Shown here: positions 61,001 to 64,000 of the stretch, piece by piece
Position numbering within the stretch: the first letter of the stretch is position 1
Layout: every line of letters begins with the position of its first letter
DNA from: Branchiostoma belcheri
Lineage: Eukaryota
Assembly: GCF_001625305.1 (NCBI RefSeq)
Contig: NW_017804120.1
Span: 291,553 to 355,552 of the forward strand
Direction: 5' to 3'
DNA length: 64,000 nucleotides
Notes under the pieces: generated by a model
Seen by the model: the letters and a program-made list of their open reading frames with translations, nothing else
Told to the model about the DNA's origin: nothing
The model's database searches: none
Position numbers and translations under genes: made by a program

Positions 61001-61780
61001 GGTGATTTAGAGACACAAGTCTAGCAAGATGACAACAAGTCAACATCCACAGGTGAGTCAATACATTAGAAGATCTGTTTGACTTTAGCACTGTTCCCTT
61101 ATGTCTTACACTTTATAAAAATAACACACATGAAGCAAAACATCTTTCACATTTTGCGTTGCCTTACTTGAATAAATGTCTGGTATATTGCACTTCTTTG
61201 AGCACTTGAGCATCTACATTTCTAGGATGAGGCAAAGTACAAGGTCACAATAGTTCATCCTTACCTGGTAGCTAGTTGCCTATTCATACCTGCATCAATT
61301 GTCCTTTTATATAGGTATAATTAGGGTCAGCAGTCCTGATGTTCCTGTCCAAACCAGGCCTGAGTTAAAGACAGACCAAAGTGAAGAGATTGTATACAGG
61401 TGAGACAATGCTAATTAAAATTACAACTTTATTTTTCTATGTGAACATATCTAAGCAAAGGGGTTGTATGATTGAAGGATTTTATCTATTTTATCTTTTA
61501 TGGTCACTCAATGTTGCTTGGAATTTTTTGGGGAGCACCACACTAATTATTCATTATATCATTTAGGTGTGTTGTGATGTTCCTGTCCTGATGTAGTGTC
61601 CTGAGTGGGAGAAACGTGACAATGGACAACTTCTGATGCCGACCTGGAGACTGGACTGCAGCAGGAGGAAGAACCAGACTTTTGTAGGCAGGGCTGTGTG
61701 AAAGAAGATGGGGAGGAGTGAGTATGGTTTCTTTATTAACACGAGACATACACACACTTGCACTTTTTTCATTTAACGTT

Positions 61781-63089
61781 TATAGTAGCCGGCGACTTCA
61801 ATTTCATGTTAAGCAACTCTGAAAAATTCTTCATACTGTATGGTTGAATGCCAAATTGCCCCTAAATTGTTGCTTCTGCCTTTACACTTAAATTCTCCCA
61901 CCGAAAAACTTTGTATCTTAGCCTGCCGCATTAATTGCTTAGTCATCCTTTTTTGTATCGTATGAATCCCGAATTGCCCCCAAAATTGTCACTTTGGACC
62001 TTTCCCACCAAAAACTTAGCATCTAAGCCGGCTGCATGAATTCCACGTTGTTATCCTCTTCATATTGTATGAATCCCAAATTGCCTCCAAAATTGTCGCT
62101 TTGGACCTTTACACTTAAATTCTCCCACCGAAAATCTTTGTATTAATTCCACACTGATGCCTTATTCAGTCCATTTTCCCACCAAAAAAAAATGATTTGG
62201 CACCCTCACCTGGTTAATTAATCGGATTAAGTTTTCCCGCCAAAAAACTTACAGAGCACTCTAATCTTGAACTTGTGCCCCCTCCCCACTCTTCCTGCCC
62301 ACCTCCAACAACTCAGAGTTAGTTACACTGTTCTCTGGACTTCTTCGAACATGTAGTCACCACACTCTCCTACACAAACACTTTGTTAATCGAGTGCAGT
62401 TTTTCCACCACTTAGACTTTAGAATGATCTCTTGTTTTCCTGGTCGGTGACAATGCACTAAGTGTACTCCCGGGGGATGTCTTTTCGGGGACATTGATGC
62501 TTCGACACATCAGTATACCAGTGCAATTGACTGACCAGGAAAACGAGAGATCATTCTAAAGTCTAAGTGGTGGAAAAACTGCACTCGATCAACAAACTGT
62601 TTGTGCAGGAGAGTGTGGTGACTACATGTTCGAAGAAGTCCAGAGAACAGTGTAACTAACTCTGAGTTGTAGAAAGTGGGGAGGGGGGCACAAGTTCAAG
62701 GTTAGAGTGCTCTAACAGTGTAACTAACTCTGAGTTGTAGAAAGTGGGGAGGGGGGCACAAGTTCAAGGTTAGAGTGCTCTATATAGTAAGTTTTTTGGC
62801 GGGAAAGCTTAATCCAATCAATTAACCAGGTGAGGGTGCCGATTAATTTTTTTTGGCGGGGGAATTTAAGTGTGAAGAAAGGTCTAAAGCGACAATTTTG
62901 GGGCCAATTTGGCATTCATACGATACGAAGAGGATGACTAAGGAATTAATGCGACCGGCTAAGATACGAAGTTTTTCGGCAGGAGAATTTAAGTGTAAAG
63001 GTCTGAAGCAACAATTTAGGCATTCAACCATACATATGAAGAATTTTTTAGTGTTGCTTGACATGAAATTGAAGTCGCCGGCTACTATA
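61781..63089. mobile_element. Large foldback element, about 1.3 kb. It has roughly 620-bp inverted arms made of about 115-bp subrepeats, and a central loop at about 62465-62515.
   Basis: Terminal inverted repeat tatagtagccggcgacttcaatttcatgttaagcaa / ttgcttgacatgaaattgaagtcgccggctactata. Symmetric blocks throughout. Confidence 0.7.
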
Positions 63090-64000
63090 ATAGTATAAAC
63101 GAACCCTGGGACAGAAGTTCCTCCTCACCAAGCGACAAGAAGTGTAAGCTTAGGATAGAACATACGGAAAGAGAGGAATTGTGTTTTGTCATGCAGTAAT
63201 TTAAACTCTCGATGAAACTCTGATATCACTGTTAACATACTGGCAACAATTCAAACCTCCTGCTCCAGAGCCCAGACCTACTCTCAAGCTCATCAAATAA
63301 AGTCTGTCAGCGCAAAACATCACTGTCAAACTCTACTAGATCAACATGAGACGAGCCCTGAATTTTCCAACAGGAGGTTAGTATTGCTTCTGAATTAGTC
63401 CATCAACAGTTATAACAAAGTGTGGGGTCTATATATACATGACTTGAAAGAAATCAGCAAAACAAAACTACGTAATTATAACAGTATTGGAATCGTCCGC
63501 AATTTGTGACTAAAAGGACGCTTCTGGCAAAGAAAGTCTTAGATTTTCACAAGTTATGCAATAAAACTGCCATTTGACAGGTCTTAGCAGAGCATTAATT
63601 CGATTAAAAGGGGACCAATCAAATCAACGGATTTCGTCTGATGACGAGACTCAAAAATATGCATACATTACGTCCAGGTGCCGTATTACGTCATGCGAGG
63701 TAGTTACGTAATCCTCCAGGCGAACCAAGCAGATATGCTGGGTGAAATATAGGCAGGAATGCGTTTTAAGTAAAAATGACGCAAACAATTACAGAACTAG
63801 TTGTTGCAATATTTTCTATATGATCCATTCTTCATGTCTAGGTGTTTTCTGGACGCTTAGCACTGATAATAAGAACAAAATCAAGGAAAATATGTTCAGT
63901 AACGAAACATGAAACAAACGCATAAACGCATAAACACATAAACTTTTCGTTCCAGTTTTTCCACCAAACCCTTTCTAGAAGTGTAATAATTCATACCTGA

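Noticed and set aside
59815-61091. Minus-strand ORFs of 102-115 aa with the repeated peptide …SNHLVWSNLLLSGLRRIHHYCISQQPPN….
   Set aside because: They are periodic translations of the 185-bp tandem units. The splice-like structure of those units is specific to the plus strand.
1-64000. Prokaryotic reading of the window: operons, a defence island, a CRISPR array.
   Set aside because: There is no dense ORF packing. The longest ORFs are low-complexity or repeat-derived. Exons have canonical GT-AG boundaries and kilobase-scale introns. SINEs, MITEs and microsatellites are typical of a metazoan nuclear genome. The tandem arrays have no spacer structure.

Overview
This window reads as metazoan nuclear DNA, probably from an invertebrate animal, not a prokaryotic locus. 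It is AT-rich, shows canonical AG/GT-bounded exons separated by kilobase-scale introns, and has very dense interspersed repeats with no operon-like ORF packing. I find no defence system, CRISPR array or rRNA, and no standalone tRNA gene: the tRNA-shaped segments are SINE heads.

Two protein-coding loci are supported by splice-site and reading-frame logic.

1) A long plus-strand gene (about 9.7-49.2 kb) with at least 14 candidate exons.
- A PDZ domain is split over three or more small exons.
- A 2.4-kb giant exon encodes a low-complexity FG-repeat, poly-proline and acidic region.
- A phase-consistent chain of 3' exons ends in a stop at 48960-48962, followed by AATAAA signals.
- I cannot assign the gene family.

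2) A minus-strand gene whose second coding exon (57210-57467) encodes a clear death domain.
- A short ATG-containing first coding exon lies at 59190-59223.
- A possible terminal exon lies at 56068-56123.

The rest of the window is a mosaic of non-autonomous DNA transposons (MITEs), foldback elements, tRNA-derived SINEs, mini/satellite arrays and microsatellites.
- hAT-like MITEs: family B, 7 copies, each with an 8-bp target-site duplication; family D is related.
- PIF/Harbinger-like MITEs: families A, C and E, with GGCCACACCAA termini and TAA/TTA/TAG flanks.
- Three large foldback elements.
- Tandem arrays with 39-bp, about 88-bp, about 148-bp and about 185-bp units.

Most entries in the supplied ORF track are repeat or low-complexity artefacts; the track also allows GTG/TTG starts. 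All coordinates were counted by hand from the printed sequence and may be off by 1-2 bases.
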